A stretch of 61,454 nucleotides of DNA, the filler included. It is 7 parts of 7 records of this genome, joined end to end, with 100 filler letters (N's around TTAATTAATTAA, not from the genome) between each part and the next. Parts side by side here need not be neighbours in the genome. Positions count along the whole stretch, not along the records: positions 1 to 8,359 come from SRR31156797_6122; positions 8,460 to 17,613 come from SRR31156797_6131; 5 more parts are not named here. One strand, 5' to 3'. The notes under the pieces are model-generated. The model worked only from the letters and a program-made list of their open reading frames with translations. It searched no databases and was not told the origin of the DNA. The position numbers and the translations under genes are program-made. Below are positions 1 through 12,082 of the stretch, one piece after another (positions within the stretch are counted from its first letter, which is position 1; the number at the start of each line of letters is the position of its first letter).

Positions 1-71
1 TTCAAATTCAAGGCGGAAACAATTTTTAACGCCGAAGTTGGGCAAATTAACAATAATTTGATCATCGAGTC

Positions 72-1865
72 TCAGTAATAAGACCAGATTGAATTGTAGT
101 CCTTGAGTTGTTCCCCGTCCCGTTGAAGGCGCTTGAGGTAATCGTCAATAGAGACATCGGTGTAGACATAGGTACCCATGAGCACCATTCTTTTTTCCCA
201 GGGATGGAACTCGTAGACACGACGTCCGTCTGGAAGGATGGCGATTATATCACGGTTTTGACCGGCGCGGAGGTGATTCTTGCCCAGACGCGGTAGATTG
301 AACACAATCTCATCGGTGCGCACGGTTCCCGGAAAGAGCCGGGCTTCTTCCTGTTGCTCCTGCAGCAGACGGGCTATGGGCACTCGATAATCGTCGGTCT
401 CCTCTTTGCCCTTGGTATTGAAGGTGTAGTATGGGGTCACCCCGATCAATCGAAGCTTCTGCCGCAGGGTTGCTGCCTCGAACTTGCGCGAATTGTAATA
501 CGTGAACACCATCTGGTTGTAGACCTCGACCCCAAAGAGGCGGAAACGCTGCACCGCTTGCATGGCCTCGGGTGTGATCTCAGTGGGATGTTCAAAATGG
601 GTGATAATAACCACCTCCCGCCGTCCGGGTTCGTGAAACCGCGTGATGGTCCGTACCAGGGAGTCCGTGATACGTTGCGGCAGGGTCACCGGAGTGCGGG
701 TACCGACACGGATTCGAAGTACATGCTCCATCTGCGCCAGACGACTGAGGATCATCTCCAGTCGCTCATCGGAGAGGATTAAAGGATCGCCACCGGTGAC
801 CAGGACCTCGGAGATCTCTTTGGTCTTGCCGATCCAGTCAAGTGCTTTCTCAAGCTTTTTCTCGCCCAGGGCCGCGTCCGAAGAGGTTGCATCCTGAATC
901 TGCCAGTTGCGCTGGCAATAGACGCAAATTTGGGGACAGGTCAACACCGGTTTGAGAATGACAATGCCGGGATAACGGCGGGTGATGCCATCAATGGGCG
1001 AGGTATCCCCCTCAACCATGAAATCATTGCTGCAGCCGGGGTCATTCTCGTAATCGCTGACCCGTTTGACGTACCGCATAGGCGGAATCACCTGCGCGCG
1101 AATGGCCGTATCCCAAATGCCGCGATTTTCCGGATCCATTAAAGAGACGGTATAGGGTGTAATACCAAAGGGCATACGCTCTTGCCTGGCCATGGTGATG
1201 GCAGCCTTCTCCTCATCGGAAAGATTGATCAATTCTCCCAGGACCTGTGGATCACGGATAATATGGCGGGTATGCCAATTCCAGTCATTCCACTCCAGGT
1301 CAGTGATCTTGAAATACCCAAAGAGGTTCTGCCTGTTGCTGCTGTGCTCACGAATCAACGCATCATCCATGCCGCAGGGATAGCGATCGATAAACGTCTG
1401 TACCTTGCGAGCCATACGGGAAAGATCCGTGGAACGCATTTTTGCTGCGGTCCGCCCTGAATGCTTGAGAAAGGCGGGTGGTTTTTCCGTATATAGGTTC
1501 GTCAACCCTTTGATGCCTTTCACCAGATGCTGCAATTCTGCGATAAAACCTGAATTCGGCACAGGCCCCTGAAGCCGCCCGTGGAGCAGATCATCAAGAT
1601 AGGCGAGCAGGGAAAATCCAGCCAGTTCTTCGCTCCGGGTGTTGAGCATGTTCCGTAGCACCCTGATCGCATCCCTGAAGATCACCCATTCCAAAGCGGC
1701 CATGTCGTGGGTTTTATCATAAATATTAAGAAGCAGATTGGAGAGATGGTCTCGAAGCTTGTATCGTTTTTCCTCCAAAGTTACATTGGAAAGCAAAATT
1801 GCTTCCATGATCGGGTCAAGGGCAATAATTTTTCGAATTTGTTTCACACGTTGCGTAGTTTTCAT
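72..1865 (-). CDS. KamA (lysine 2,3-aminomutase-like) family radical SAM protein with long N-terminal extension
   Basis: CPQICVYCQR radical SAM motif; WNDWNWH, ITPY, RRYP, VLVTGGDPL, IRVGTRTPV and THFEHP motifs typical of the KamA/EpmB family. Confidence 0.88.
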   Translation of the reverse strand: MKTTQRVKQIRKIIALDPIMEAILLSNVTLEEKRYKLRDHLSNLLLNIYDKTHDMAALEWVIFRDAIRVLRNMLNTRSEELAGFSLLAYLDDLLHGRLQGPVPNSGFIAELQHLVKGIKGLTNLYTEKPPAFLKHSGRTAAKMRSTDLSRMARKVQTFIDRYPCGMDDALIREHSSNRQNLFGYFKITDLEWNDWNWHTRHIIRDPQVLGELINLSDEEKAAITMARQERMPFGITPYTVSLMDPENRGIWDTAIRAQVIPPMRYVKRVSDYENDPGCSNDFMVEGDTSPIDGITRRYPGIVILKPVLTCPQICVYCQRNWQIQDATSSDAALGEKKLEKALDWIGKTKEISEVLVTGGDPLILSDERLEMILSRLAQMEHVLRIRVGTRTPVTLPQRITDSLVRTITRFHEPGRREVVIITHFEHPTEITPEAMQAVQRFRLFGVEVYNQMVFTYYNSRKFEAATLRQKLRLIGVTPYYTFNTKGKEETDDYRVPIARLLQEQQEEARLFPGTVRTDEIVFNLPRLGKNHLRAGQNRDIIAILPDGRRVYEFHPWEKRMVLMGTYVYTDVSIDDYLKRLQRDGEQLKDYNSIWSYY

Positions 1866-2049
1866 CGGGTACCTTCAATTTCTTCTATTCAATTTCTCGT
1901 AAAAAAACCACGATTTGTAGTTCATACTTCACCTGTGACTGTGTCAGACAGTGAAACCATATAGCCTACCTTCCCTTGAAAATGCAAGTATTCATCGCTC
2001 CCTTACCCGGCGCTTAAAGGCGCCGAAACAAGACGCTTGGGCTCAAAAA

Positions 2050-3396
2050 TTAAAGCGTCGGCGTAATACCAAACATCTGGGGCCAAACGGTTAACATAAT
2101 CAGAATGACGGCTTGAATAATGATGAAGGGGACAACCCCCTTGTAGATATGCCATGTTTTGACCTCAGGTGGTGCCACCCCCTTTAGATAGAACAGGCTG
2201 AACCCAAAGGGCGGGGTGAGAAACGAGGTCTGAAGGTTCATGGCAATCAAGATCGCATACCATACCGGATTGATCCCAATGGCCAATGAGATGGGCACCA
2301 GAATCGGAACAATGATATAAGAAATTTCAATAAAATCAATAAAGAATCCCAGAACCATGATGGCCACCATGGACAGGATGATAAACCCCCATTTTTCTCC
2401 GGGCAGGCCCATCATGAATTCCTCAACGATCAGATCTCCCCCTGTATAGGTGAACACCATGGAAAAGGCTGTGGCACCAATGAGGATGCCAAAAACCATG
2501 GCCGTTATATTCACGGTTTCCAGGGCGCTTTCATGTATCAGCTTCAATGACAAGGACCGATACAAGGCTGCCAGTACAAGGGCACCTATCCCCCCCACTG
2601 CTGCTGATTCAGTGGGAGTTGCAATCCCTGTGAAAATGGAGCCCAGAACCAGGATAATCAAAATCAGCGGGGGCAGAATGGTTTTTATGGCTGCCAGTAT
2701 CTGCCTGGATTTTGTACCGGCATTTTCCTGAAGAGGGATGGCAGGGGCCGCATCTTTTTGAAAAAATGAGACAATCAGAATATACAGAATGTATGCCCCC
2801 ACAAGGACCAGGCCGGGCCGGACTGCAGCGACAAAAAGGTCTCCGACAGGCACCTGAAAAACATCCCCCAGGATAATCAAAACGATTGAAGGCGGGATGA
2901 TCTGGCCCAGGGTGCCCGAGGCGCAAATGGTTCCGGTTGCCAATTGTTTATTGTACTTATACTTGATCATCACGGGCAGAGAAATGACACCCATAGCCAC
3001 AACGCTGGCACCGACCACACCGGTGGATGCAGCAAGAAGAGCGCCCACGAGGATGGTGGAGATGGCAAGTCCCCCCCGAATTTCTCCGAATAAGGATCCC
3101 ATGGATTCCAGCAGGCGTTCAGCCAATTTTGATTTTTGAAGGACAATTCCCATAAAGATGAACAAAGGAATTGCCATTAAAATGGTATTGTTCATTATGG
3201 CCCAGATCCGATGGGGCATAAAGGCAAACATATCTTTGCCCAGAATCAAGCCTTCAATGAGAGATCCGTCCTGGCCGATTTCAACAATTCCTGCGATAAA
3301 CCCGAAAACCACTGATACCGCACCAAAAGTGAATGCCACAGGAAAGCCCCACAACAGCATGAACAGAGCAACAAAAAACATGATAATGCCGACCAT
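2050..3396 (-). CDS. dctM: TRAP transporter large permease DctM
   Basis: Highly hydrophobic; ASGTLGQIIPPS, GIATPTE and SFLTPPFG motifs; start reassigned to MVGIIMFF just after the dctQ stop. Confidence 0.93.
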   Translation of the reverse strand: MVGIIMFFVALFMLLWGFPVAFTFGAVSVVFGFIAGIVEIGQDGSLIEGLILGKDMFAFMPHRIWAIMNNTILMAIPLFIFMGIVLQKSKLAERLLESMGSLFGEIRGGLAISTILVGALLAASTGVVGASVVAMGVISLPVMIKYKYNKQLATGTICASGTLGQIIPPSIVLIILGDVFQVPVGDLFVAAVRPGLVLVGAYILYILIVSFFQKDAAPAIPLQENAGTKSRQILAAIKTILPPLILIILVLGSIFTGIATPTESAAVGGIGALVLAALYRSLSLKLIHESALETVNITAMVFGILIGATAFSMVFTYTGGDLIVEEFMMGLPGEKWGFIILSMVAIMVLGFFIDFIEISYIIVPILVPISLAIGINPVWYAILIAMNLQTSFLTPPFGFSLFYLKGVAPPEVKTWHIYKGVVPFIIIQAVILIMLTVWPQMFGITPTL

Positions 3397-3398
3397 TG

Positions 3399-3923
3399 TT
3401 ACTCTCCTTCTCCTGGGTCTGCATGAACACCCAGCAGCACATTGATATGTCTGATAATCACCCCAATGGTCGAGAAAATCAGTAGAAAAAATGAAAAAGG
3501 TACCAGGGCCTTGATGATCCATCTACGGGTCAGGCCGCCTGGATCACCGCTGATTTCATTGGTATGAAATGCTTCAAGAACAAATTCAATGGAGCCAAAA
3601 CCGATCAACAAAGAAAAGGGGATTAAAAAGACAACAATTCCCACAATGTTGATTATGGCCTGTTTTCGTTTGTTCAGGTTGTCGTAAATCAGATCCACTC
3701 TGACATGCCCGTCTTCAAACATTGCATAGGAAATGCCGATGAGAAATACGGCTGAAAACAGGTGCCATTCCATCTCCTGCATGGCAATGGAGCCATGTTT
3801 GAACAAATATCGCATAATCACGTCGTAGAAGACGTTCAGCAGCATGAAGACCATGATACAGGCTGTGATGTTCCCCAGGATCACTGAAAATCGGTCATAT
3901 AATTTTTCAATTTTTACCAACAT
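3399..3923 (-). CDS. dctQ: TRAP transporter small permease DctQ
   Basis: About 4 TM helices; MQEMEWHLF and GHVRVDLIY motifs; start reassigned to MLVKIEK. Confidence 0.92.
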   Translation of the reverse strand: MLVKIEKLYDRFSVILGNITACIMVFMLLNVFYDVIMRYLFKHGSIAMQEMEWHLFSAVFLIGISYAMFEDGHVRVDLIYDNLNKRKQAIINIVGIVVFLIPFSLLIGFGSIEFVLEAFHTNEISGDPGGLTRRWIIKALVPFSFFLLIFSTIGVIIRHINVLLGVHADPGEGE

Positions 3924-3963
3924 ACGATCTTCCTTGACTTGTAACTTGCAAAACCGCTTTGTG

Positions 3964-4007
3964 GAACATGTCCTGTTCTTGGCAAGCGCCAAAAACAGGA
4001 CATGTTC
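3964..4007 (-). terminator. Long stem-loop between dctP and dctQ (attenuator or mRNA stabiliser)
   Basis: GAACATGTCCTGTTCTTGGC-aagc-GCCAAAAACAGGACATGTTC, ~20-bp near-perfect inverted repeat. Confidence 0.65.
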
Positions 4008-4052
4008 ATCCCGCTCTTAATTTACATCTCTTTTTTACACTCGATGATCAAG

Positions 4053-5135
4053 TTACAGGTTGTTTTCCAGGTAAGAGTAATCCGACATTTTGGTCCATTC
4101 CCTGGCTTTTTTCTGATAGGCATTTTGAGAATCCAGAATCTTTTTCAGCATGGGATTACTTGCTGATTTTTCTTTCAGCAGTTTTTTGTTGGAGGCTTTC
4201 ATGGCATCCATGACATCTTTGGGGAATGTTTTTACCTTGATGTTTGGATACTCTTTTTCAATTTTAGACCAGGCCTCTGAACTCATGTGGTAATTCTGGG
4301 TATACATTTCATAGGCAGCCAGTTTCATGGCTGTTTTCAGGATGGCTTTATTTTGTTCAGATAATTTATTAAATTTCTTCTGGTTGACCAGGAACTGAAG
4401 TTCAGTGGCAGGTTCGTGCCAGCCCGTATAGTAATAGGGGGCAACCTTGTGAAACCCCATATTAATGTCCATACCAGGCCCAACCCATTCCAGGGCGTCA
4501 ATGGTGCCTCTTTCAAGGGCCATGTAAAGCTCGCCCGGTGCAATATTGGTAACGGTCAACCCTAAGTCGGCCATGACTTCCCCGGCAAATCCGGGAATTC
4601 GCATTTTCAAACCCTTGAGGTCATCCAGGCTGTTAATTTCTTTTGCAAACCAACCGCCCATCTGCTGTCCGGTGTTGCCGCCGGGAAAGGAAAGGACTTT
4701 ATGTTTGGCATAGGCTTCCTGCATTAACGCCATGCCGCCGCCATAATAGAACCAGGCGTTTTGTTCTGATGCTGTCATACCAAAAGGCATGGTGGTCAGA
4801 GGAAGAAGGGCAAGGTCTTTGCCTTTCCAATAATAGGAGGCGGAATGTCCCATGTCATACTGGCCCAGTTTTACCATGTCCAGAATGCCGAATGCAGATT
4901 TGTGTTTGTTGGCCGAGTCAATACGAATGGTGAAGTTGCCATTGCTCATGGTGTCAACCATTTGTGCCATGTTATACACTGCATCAGTAAATGGAGGGGC
5001 ATTGGATCCCCAGGTCATGGCCAGTTTCCATTTGACTTTTTTTTCCGCCGCACCTGCAAAGCCTACAGATAGCAGAAACATCAGAATGGTCAAAAAAACT
5101 ACGAATTTTGAATTAGTCTTTTCTAAACGCATCAT
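4053..5135 (-). CDS. dctP: TRAP substrate-binding protein DctP (2-oxoacid/monocarboxylate-binding TakP-like clade)
   Basis: Signal peptide; HSASYYWKGK, GNTGQQMGGWF, GLKMRIPG and YYTGWHEP motifs. Confidence 0.92.
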   Translation of the reverse strand: MMRLEKTNSKFVVFLTILMFLLSVGFAGAAEKKVKWKLAMTWGSNAPPFTDAVYNMAQMVDTMSNGNFTIRIDSANKHKSAFGILDMVKLGQYDMGHSASYYWKGKDLALLPLTTMPFGMTASEQNAWFYYGGGMALMQEAYAKHKVLSFPGGNTGQQMGGWFAKEINSLDDLKGLKMRIPGFAGEVMADLGLTVTNIAPGELYMALERGTIDALEWVGPGMDINMGFHKVAPYYYTGWHEPATELQFLVNQKKFNKLSEQNKAILKTAMKLAAYEMYTQNYHMSSEAWSKIEKEYPNIKVKTFPKDVMDAMKASNKKLLKEKSASNPMLKKILDSQNAYQKKAREWTKMSDYSYLENNL

Positions 5136-5347
5136 TTTACCTCTCCTCTAAAAATTATTGTTTGCATTAATTGTTATTCCAAAAACCTCCTTTAAAAGCT
5201 TCGGCAAAACAGACAATTTGTCGCATAATTTTTCAACATATCCGGTATCATCAGATTTTAAAATAGTTTTCTGAGGCAGCATAATGGATAAAATATTGAC
5301 ATACATGATAAGAGAAGCTAAATAATATCTATTATCATTTGCTCTAA

Positions 5348-5803
5348 ATGGGGTCTCATGTGATCAAAACTAAAAAAAGATATGAAGTCATTATTCAAAA
5401 CTTGAGGGATGAAGGCCACAAAATAACGCCTCAAAGGATGGCTATCGTTAGATTGCTTTCAGAAAGTGAAGGTCACCCCAGTGTTGAGGATATCTATGAT
5501 CAAATTAAAGAAGATTTTCCAACCATGAGCCTTGCCACAGTATATAGAAATATTGTATTAATAAAATCACTTGGTCAAATTCTCGAGTTGGGTTTTCCGG
5601 ATGGAAGTAATCGTTATGATGGAAACAAACCTTATCCTCATCCTCATGTTATTTGTATAAAATGTAAAAAAATTGTCGATCCGGACTTGGGTAGTCTGGA
5701 TAATGTGACAAAAGAAGTTGCAGAAGAGACGGGTTTCAAAATTTTGAATCACCGTTTAGATTTTTTTGGCATATGCAGCGATTGTATGACAAAAAAAACT
5801 TAA
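5348..5803 (+). CDS. perR: Fur-family peroxide regulator (PerR-like)
   Basis: ITPQR, HPSVEDIY, SLATVYRN, HPHVICIKC and CSDC motifs; directly upstream of katG. Confidence 0.85.
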   Translation: MGSHVIKTKKRYEVIIQNLRDEGHKITPQRMAIVRLLSESEGHPSVEDIYDQIKEDFPTMSLATVYRNIVLIKSLGQILELGFPDGSNRYDGNKPYPHPHVICIKCKKIVDPDLGSLDNVTKEVAEETGFKILNHRLDFFGICSDCMTKKT

Positions 5804-5817
5804 TATATTTTTTTACC

Positions 5818-5844
5818 ATTAGTTGATAACGATTATCAACTAAT
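5818..5844 (+). promoter_or_regulatory. Fur/PerR operator upstream of katG
   Basis: ATTAGTTGATAA-cga-TTATCAACTAAT with perfect 12-bp arms; core TGATAAC-G-ATTATCA has one mismatch to the 7-1-7 Fur box. Confidence 0.8.
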
Positions 5845-5872
5845 ATTTAATCTCCATAATAATCAAAATTAG

Positions 5873-8044
<2,172 letters not shown>

Positions 8045-8060
8045 TAAATTTTAGTCCGGC

Positions 8061-8095
8061 GTAGAACTCCTGGCCCTCTGGGTCAGGAGTTTTAC
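8061..8095 (+). terminator. Intrinsic terminator after katG
   Basis: AACTCCTGGCCC-tct-GGGTCAGGAGTT followed by Ts. Confidence 0.65.
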
Positions 8096-8359
8096 CCCAA
8101 CGTTGCATTAATTTAAAAAAGTTTTATGCAATACTGGGGTGTTTTTTTTTCTGGGGTGGTCGGTCACGGCATGAACGGTATGGTTCGGCTTTTCGTATCC
8201 CATTGGGAACTTATGAGAAAATCAATCTGCCACAGGTCCTGGGTATCAACCATTGGATTATTATTATCATTTTTGCAATGGGCTCTATCGTTTTGTTCCG
8301 TTTTTTTGAACAGCAAAAACTTTAAGGAACGAGTCTTAAATAACTTACCCATTTTGCTA

Positions 8360-8459
8360 NNNNNNNNNNNNNNNNNNNNNNNNNNNNNNNNNNNNNNNNN
8401 NNNTTAATTAATTAANNNNNNNNNNNNNNNNNNNNNNNNNNNNNNNNNNNNNNNNNNNN
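8360..8459. other. Artificial contig spacer
   Basis: N-run + TTAATTAATTAA (stops in all six frames) + N-run; composition changes across it. Confidence 0.98.
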
Positions 8460-9308
8460 TGTTGTCCAGGTTGGGTGAACTTCTTCGAGATGCAGTTCCC
8501 TGACATGATTGATATACCTTCGACTGCTCGTTCACCACAGCAAATGTTTGGAGCAATTGCTAAAACATATTTTGCTGAGCAATATGGTGTAAAACGCGAA
8601 GATTTGATTGTGGTATCAATCATGCCATGTTTAGCTAAGAAATATGAAGCTCAACGTGATGAATTTAAAACAAATGGTAACCCAGATGTAGACTTTTCAA
8701 TCACAACAAGAGAATTAGCTCACTTAATTAAAGAGGCTAACATGGACCTTGAGAACATGCCTGATGAAGATTTCGACAATCCACTTGGCGAATCAACAGG
8801 AGCATCTGTTATTTTCGGTGCAACTGGCGGTGTAATTGAAGCTGCTACACGTACTGCATACGAAATACACACTGGTAAAAAACTTGAAAAAGTTGATTTC
8901 GAGCAACTTCGTGGAATGGAAGGTATTCGTGAAGCTAAAGTTGATTTTGATGGTTTAGAGTTGAATATTGGAATTGCTCACGGATTAGGAAATGCGCGTA
9001 AAATGATTGAAGACATCAGATCTGGAAAATCTCACTTCCATGCGATCGAAATTATGGCATGTCCTGGTGGATGTATCGGTGGTGGTGGTCAACCATTACA
9101 CCATGGTAATTCAAGCATCTTGAAGAAACGTGCGGAAGCACTATATCGTGAAGATGCAGGTAAGAAAATCCGTAAATCGCATGAGAATCCAATGATTGTT
9201 GAACTTTACGAGAAATTCTTAGGTGAACCAATGAGTGAAAAAGCACATCATTTGTTGCACACTCATTACGCTGACAGAAAGCCAAAAGTGAAGTTAAAAG
9301 AAGACTAA
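8460..9308 (+). CDS. [FeFe]-hydrogenase catalytic subunit, C-terminal part (5'-truncated)
   Basis: Frame opens at the contig edge with CCPGW (P1); MPCLAKKYE (P2); EIMACPGGCIGGGGQ (P3); C-terminal RKSHENP...AHHLLHTHY. Confidence 0.95.
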   Translation, partial: CCPGWVNFFEMQFPDMIDIPSTARSPQQMFGAIAKTYFAEQYGVKREDLIVVSIMPCLAKKYEAQRDEFKTNGNPDVDFSITTRELAHLIKEANMDLENMPDEDFDNPLGESTGASVIFGATGGVIEAATRTAYEIHTGKKLEKVDFEQLRGMEGIREAKVDFDGLELNIGIAHGLGNARKMIEDIRSGKSHFHAIEIMACPGGCIGGGGQPLHHGNSSILKKRAEALYREDAGKKIRKSHENPMIVELYEKFLGEPMSEKAHHLLHTHYADRKPKVKLKED

Positions 9309-9348
9309 TAATCATTGAAACTGAAGTAAAAACGATAAACTTAAAAAT

Positions 9349-9843
9349 ATGAGTGAATCTAAAGTAGCCTTAAAAAAATCAGACGTTGAAAAACTCAAGG
9401 CAGCCTGCAAAGAATTCAATTACGAAGCCGGTGAATTGATCAACGTACTACATAGAGCTCAAAGTATTTTCGGATATTTACCTGCCGAAGTACAAGAAAT
9501 CGTAGCAGATGAATTAAATGTACCAGTAGCAAAAGTTTACGGAGTTGTAACTTTCTACTCATTCTTCACTATGATTCCAAAAGGACGCAATCCAATCTCA
9601 ATTTGTACAGGTACAGCATGTTATGTGCGTGGTGCTGACAAAGTATTGGATGAATTTAAACGTCTATTGAAAATTGATGTAGGTGAAACATCTGCAGATG
9701 GTGAGTTTTCATTGAACTGCCTACGTTGTGTAGGAGCTTGCGGATTAGCACCAGTTGTGCTTGTTGGTGAAAAAACATACGGACGTGTTTCTCCAGATGA
9801 AGTACGCGACATTTTGAAAGAATATGACTACGAGGTAGAATAA
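9349..9843 (+). CDS. NuoE/HndA-like 2Fe-2S subunit of a multimeric hydrogenase
   Basis: CTGTACYVRG and CVGACGLAP motifs; follows the hydrogenase gene. Confidence 0.93.
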   Translation: MSESKVALKKSDVEKLKAACKEFNYEAGELINVLHRAQSIFGYLPAEVQEIVADELNVPVAKVYGVVTFYSFFTMIPKGRNPISICTGTACYVRGADKVLDEFKRLLKIDVGETSADGEFSLNCLRCVGACGLAPVVLVGEKTYGRVSPDEVRDILKEYDYEVE

Positions 9844-9864
9844 CCTTATAGCAATTAACTATGT

Positions 9865-9896
9865 AAAAGCCGTTTCTTTTCAGAAGCGGCTTTTTT
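9865..9896 (+). terminator. Intrinsic terminator
   Basis: AAAAGCCGTTTCT-tttc-AGAAGCGGCTTTTTT. Confidence 0.8.
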
Positions 9897-9949
9897 AGTT
9901 TTGAGTATTGAGTTGAGAGTTATGAGATATGCCAGATTAACAACTTGTA

Positions 9950-10490
9950 CACGGATGCAATAGAAAAATCGGGCGGTAGCTGAGGGGAAATCGAACATGG
10001 TATTGTTTTATATGAAATCAATATTCCATGTTTTCATTGTATATTTTTTTAATTTGTTTTAATTAATCTAATAGTTTCTGCAACCTCATTATTAACAATT
10101 AAGGTTGCACCCTGCGCTGCCGCGCGAGTCTCTCGCGTGGTTTTGGTTCTGTTCTATTACTGCCTAGGACAATTCTCCTCCATTCAATTATATAAAAAAG
10201 CCAGCAAAAATCTAAATTTTGGACACCCACGTAATAGAATCGAACGGTAGCCAAGAGTTTTCAATATATAATTCCAGAAAAATCACATATTTGCAGCTTG
10301 GAATCAAGCTGCAAATATCACCGCGATGAACATTTGATTTTTGAAGAAATTATCCATCGGTGATATGTAATTTGGGGTAATGATATTGGACTCCTCCGGA
10401 GTCCCTATTCACAAATCATATTTCATTGCTATAGATATGCAAACCCTACGGGTTTGTTTTGCCATGCTGCCGGGAGAATCTTTCGCTCCT
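9950..10490. repeat. Cluster of short palindromic (REP-like) elements
   Basis: TGCAACCT/AGGTTGCA (10079-10109), ATATTTGCAGCTTG-gaat-CAAGCTGCAAATAT (10287-10318), GGACTCC-tcc-GGAGTCC (10388-10404), AAACCC-tac-GGGTTT (10441-10455). Confidence 0.55.
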
Positions 10491-10598
10491 GCCTTGAGTG
10501 TTGTCCAAAGGTGAACTCAGTTCAAGAAAAGGAACGTTAATTCTGTTTAAATTCTTATCAATTTTCATTTCCCTGTTTCATATCTCGTAAATCCGCTT

Positions 10599-10606
10599 TA
10601 TCTTTG
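10599..10606 (+). promoter_or_regulatory. Bacteroidota-type -7 promoter element
   Basis: TATCTTTG matches TAnnTTTG shortly upstream of the CDS at 10624. Confidence 0.55.
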
Positions 10607-10623
10607 TTTTAAGACCAAATATT

Positions 10624-11526
10624 ATGATGCTAAGCATTTGCATAACCACAAGAGATACCTCATTACATGGTTTAATTGAAAGATTATCAGAGCAATCTGC
10701 AGCTCTTGATATTCAGGCTGAAATATTAGTTGCTGAATCAGGTTCATCTCAAAAAACGAGTAATGAGAATGAGACCATGTGCAATAGAGAACATATCAAG
10801 TATTTTAAGCACAACCAACATATGAGCCATGGTCAAATGAAAAACATGTTAGCCAAACATGCAGCTGGCGCTTATTTGCTTTTTCTTAACGGCAAAAATC
10901 ATATTACACATCGTAACTACCTGAGTATGTTCACTGAAATAATGCAACCGGGTGTAATAATAGAAGGTGGCACAACAGCTTCGGGCATAAAACCAGAAAA
11001 GTCTTACCAACTCCATTGGATGGCTATGCACAACTTATTAACTTTTGATGCAGACCAACGAAACCAACATCCTTATTACCATTTGACTACCAACAACATG
11101 CTTATCCCACGTGGAATTTTTTTACAATTCCCAATGGATGAAGGAGATGATTATACAGAAGTGCTTCCTTATACTTTCGAATTAAAAAAGAACTCAATTC
11201 CTGTGATCCATATCGATAATCCGGTATCAACTTTTGACTATTTACCAGCACTTAAGTTTTTAGTAATCACACGTATTCAAATGCAACAAACCGCAAAATG
11301 GTTAACAAAACTAAGTGGCCCCGAAAAAGAGCATATTGGAATTCCTGAATTTGTAAAAATTACAAATCTGGATAAACACCGCATCAAAAGATTATTCAAG
11401 CATCTTTATAAATCACATTACGCATCAATTATGCGTAAAATATCTGAACCTGAGTACAATCAAATAAAAAAATATCGAAATTTCAGACGATTAATGCTGT
11501 GGGAAGCATTAAAGAAAAATAATTAA
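10624..11526 (+). CDS. Divergent glycosyltransferase family 2-like protein
   Basis: MLSICITT, EILVAESGS and NMLAKHAAGAYLLFLNG resemble a GT-A N-terminus; the DxD position reads NGK. Confidence 0.65.
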   Translation: MMLSICITTRDTSLHGLIERLSEQSAALDIQAEILVAESGSSQKTSNENETMCNREHIKYFKHNQHMSHGQMKNMLAKHAAGAYLLFLNGKNHITHRNYLSMFTEIMQPGVIIEGGTTASGIKPEKSYQLHWMAMHNLLTFDADQRNQHPYYHLTTNNMLIPRGIFLQFPMDEGDDYTEVLPYTFELKKNSIPVIHIDNPVSTFDYLPALKFLVITRIQMQQTAKWLTKLSGPEKEHIGIPEFVKITNLDKHRIKRLFKHLYKSHYASIMRKISEPEYNQIKKYRNFRRLMLWEALKKNN

Positions 11527-11566
11527 CTCATTTTATCACCTTTGATATTATCCTAAACTATTAATT

Positions 11567-12082
11567 ATGAAAAATTTAGCCATATTAATCACTAGCATTT
11601 CTTTGCTTTTAAGTTGTTCATCAGCCCCAAAACCAGCTGAGCCTAATTATTTACCACCTATTAAAGCTGAAATTCCGGCAGAATTGCAAAATAACACTGA
11701 GATTGTGGATTACATTAATACCACAACAGAGGTTTTAAATGAATTCACTAAAGATCTTGAAGATTTATATGTAAAAATAGAGCCATATGCAAATGTGCCT
11801 GAATCAGAATTATCTACCATGGACAAATTGCGAATAAGTAAACATGCCTTACAGTTTACTGCTGAAATGGCCAAGTTAGGTGCTAAAATGGCCACCATGA
11901 AAGAAACTTACCATTTGATGTCTGACGAGCTTTCAGAGGAAGAGCAACAAGCATTGGATGTCATCAATGAAACATTTCTCAAACGGATAAAACAGCTAAA
12001 TGATAAATACGAGGATATTGACAATTTTGAATTAGAGATTGAAGAAGATCAAGAAATTCAAGAAGATTCTGTGCAAGCCTAA
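11567..12082 (+). CDS. Hypothetical helical lipoprotein
   Basis: Lipobox LLSC after a hydrophobic stretch. Confidence 0.75.
   Translation: MKNLAILITSISLLLSCSSAPKPAEPNYLPPIKAEIPAELQNNTEIVDYINTTTEVLNEFTKDLEDLYVKIEPYANVPESELSTMDKLRISKHALQFTAEMAKLGAKMATMKETYHLMSDELSEEEQQALDVINETFLKRIKQLNDKYEDIDNFELEIEEDQEIQEDSVQA

Noticed and set aside
8126-8359. Short ORFs after katG
   Set aside because: No motifs or clear RBS and truncated by the contig end; cannot be supported.
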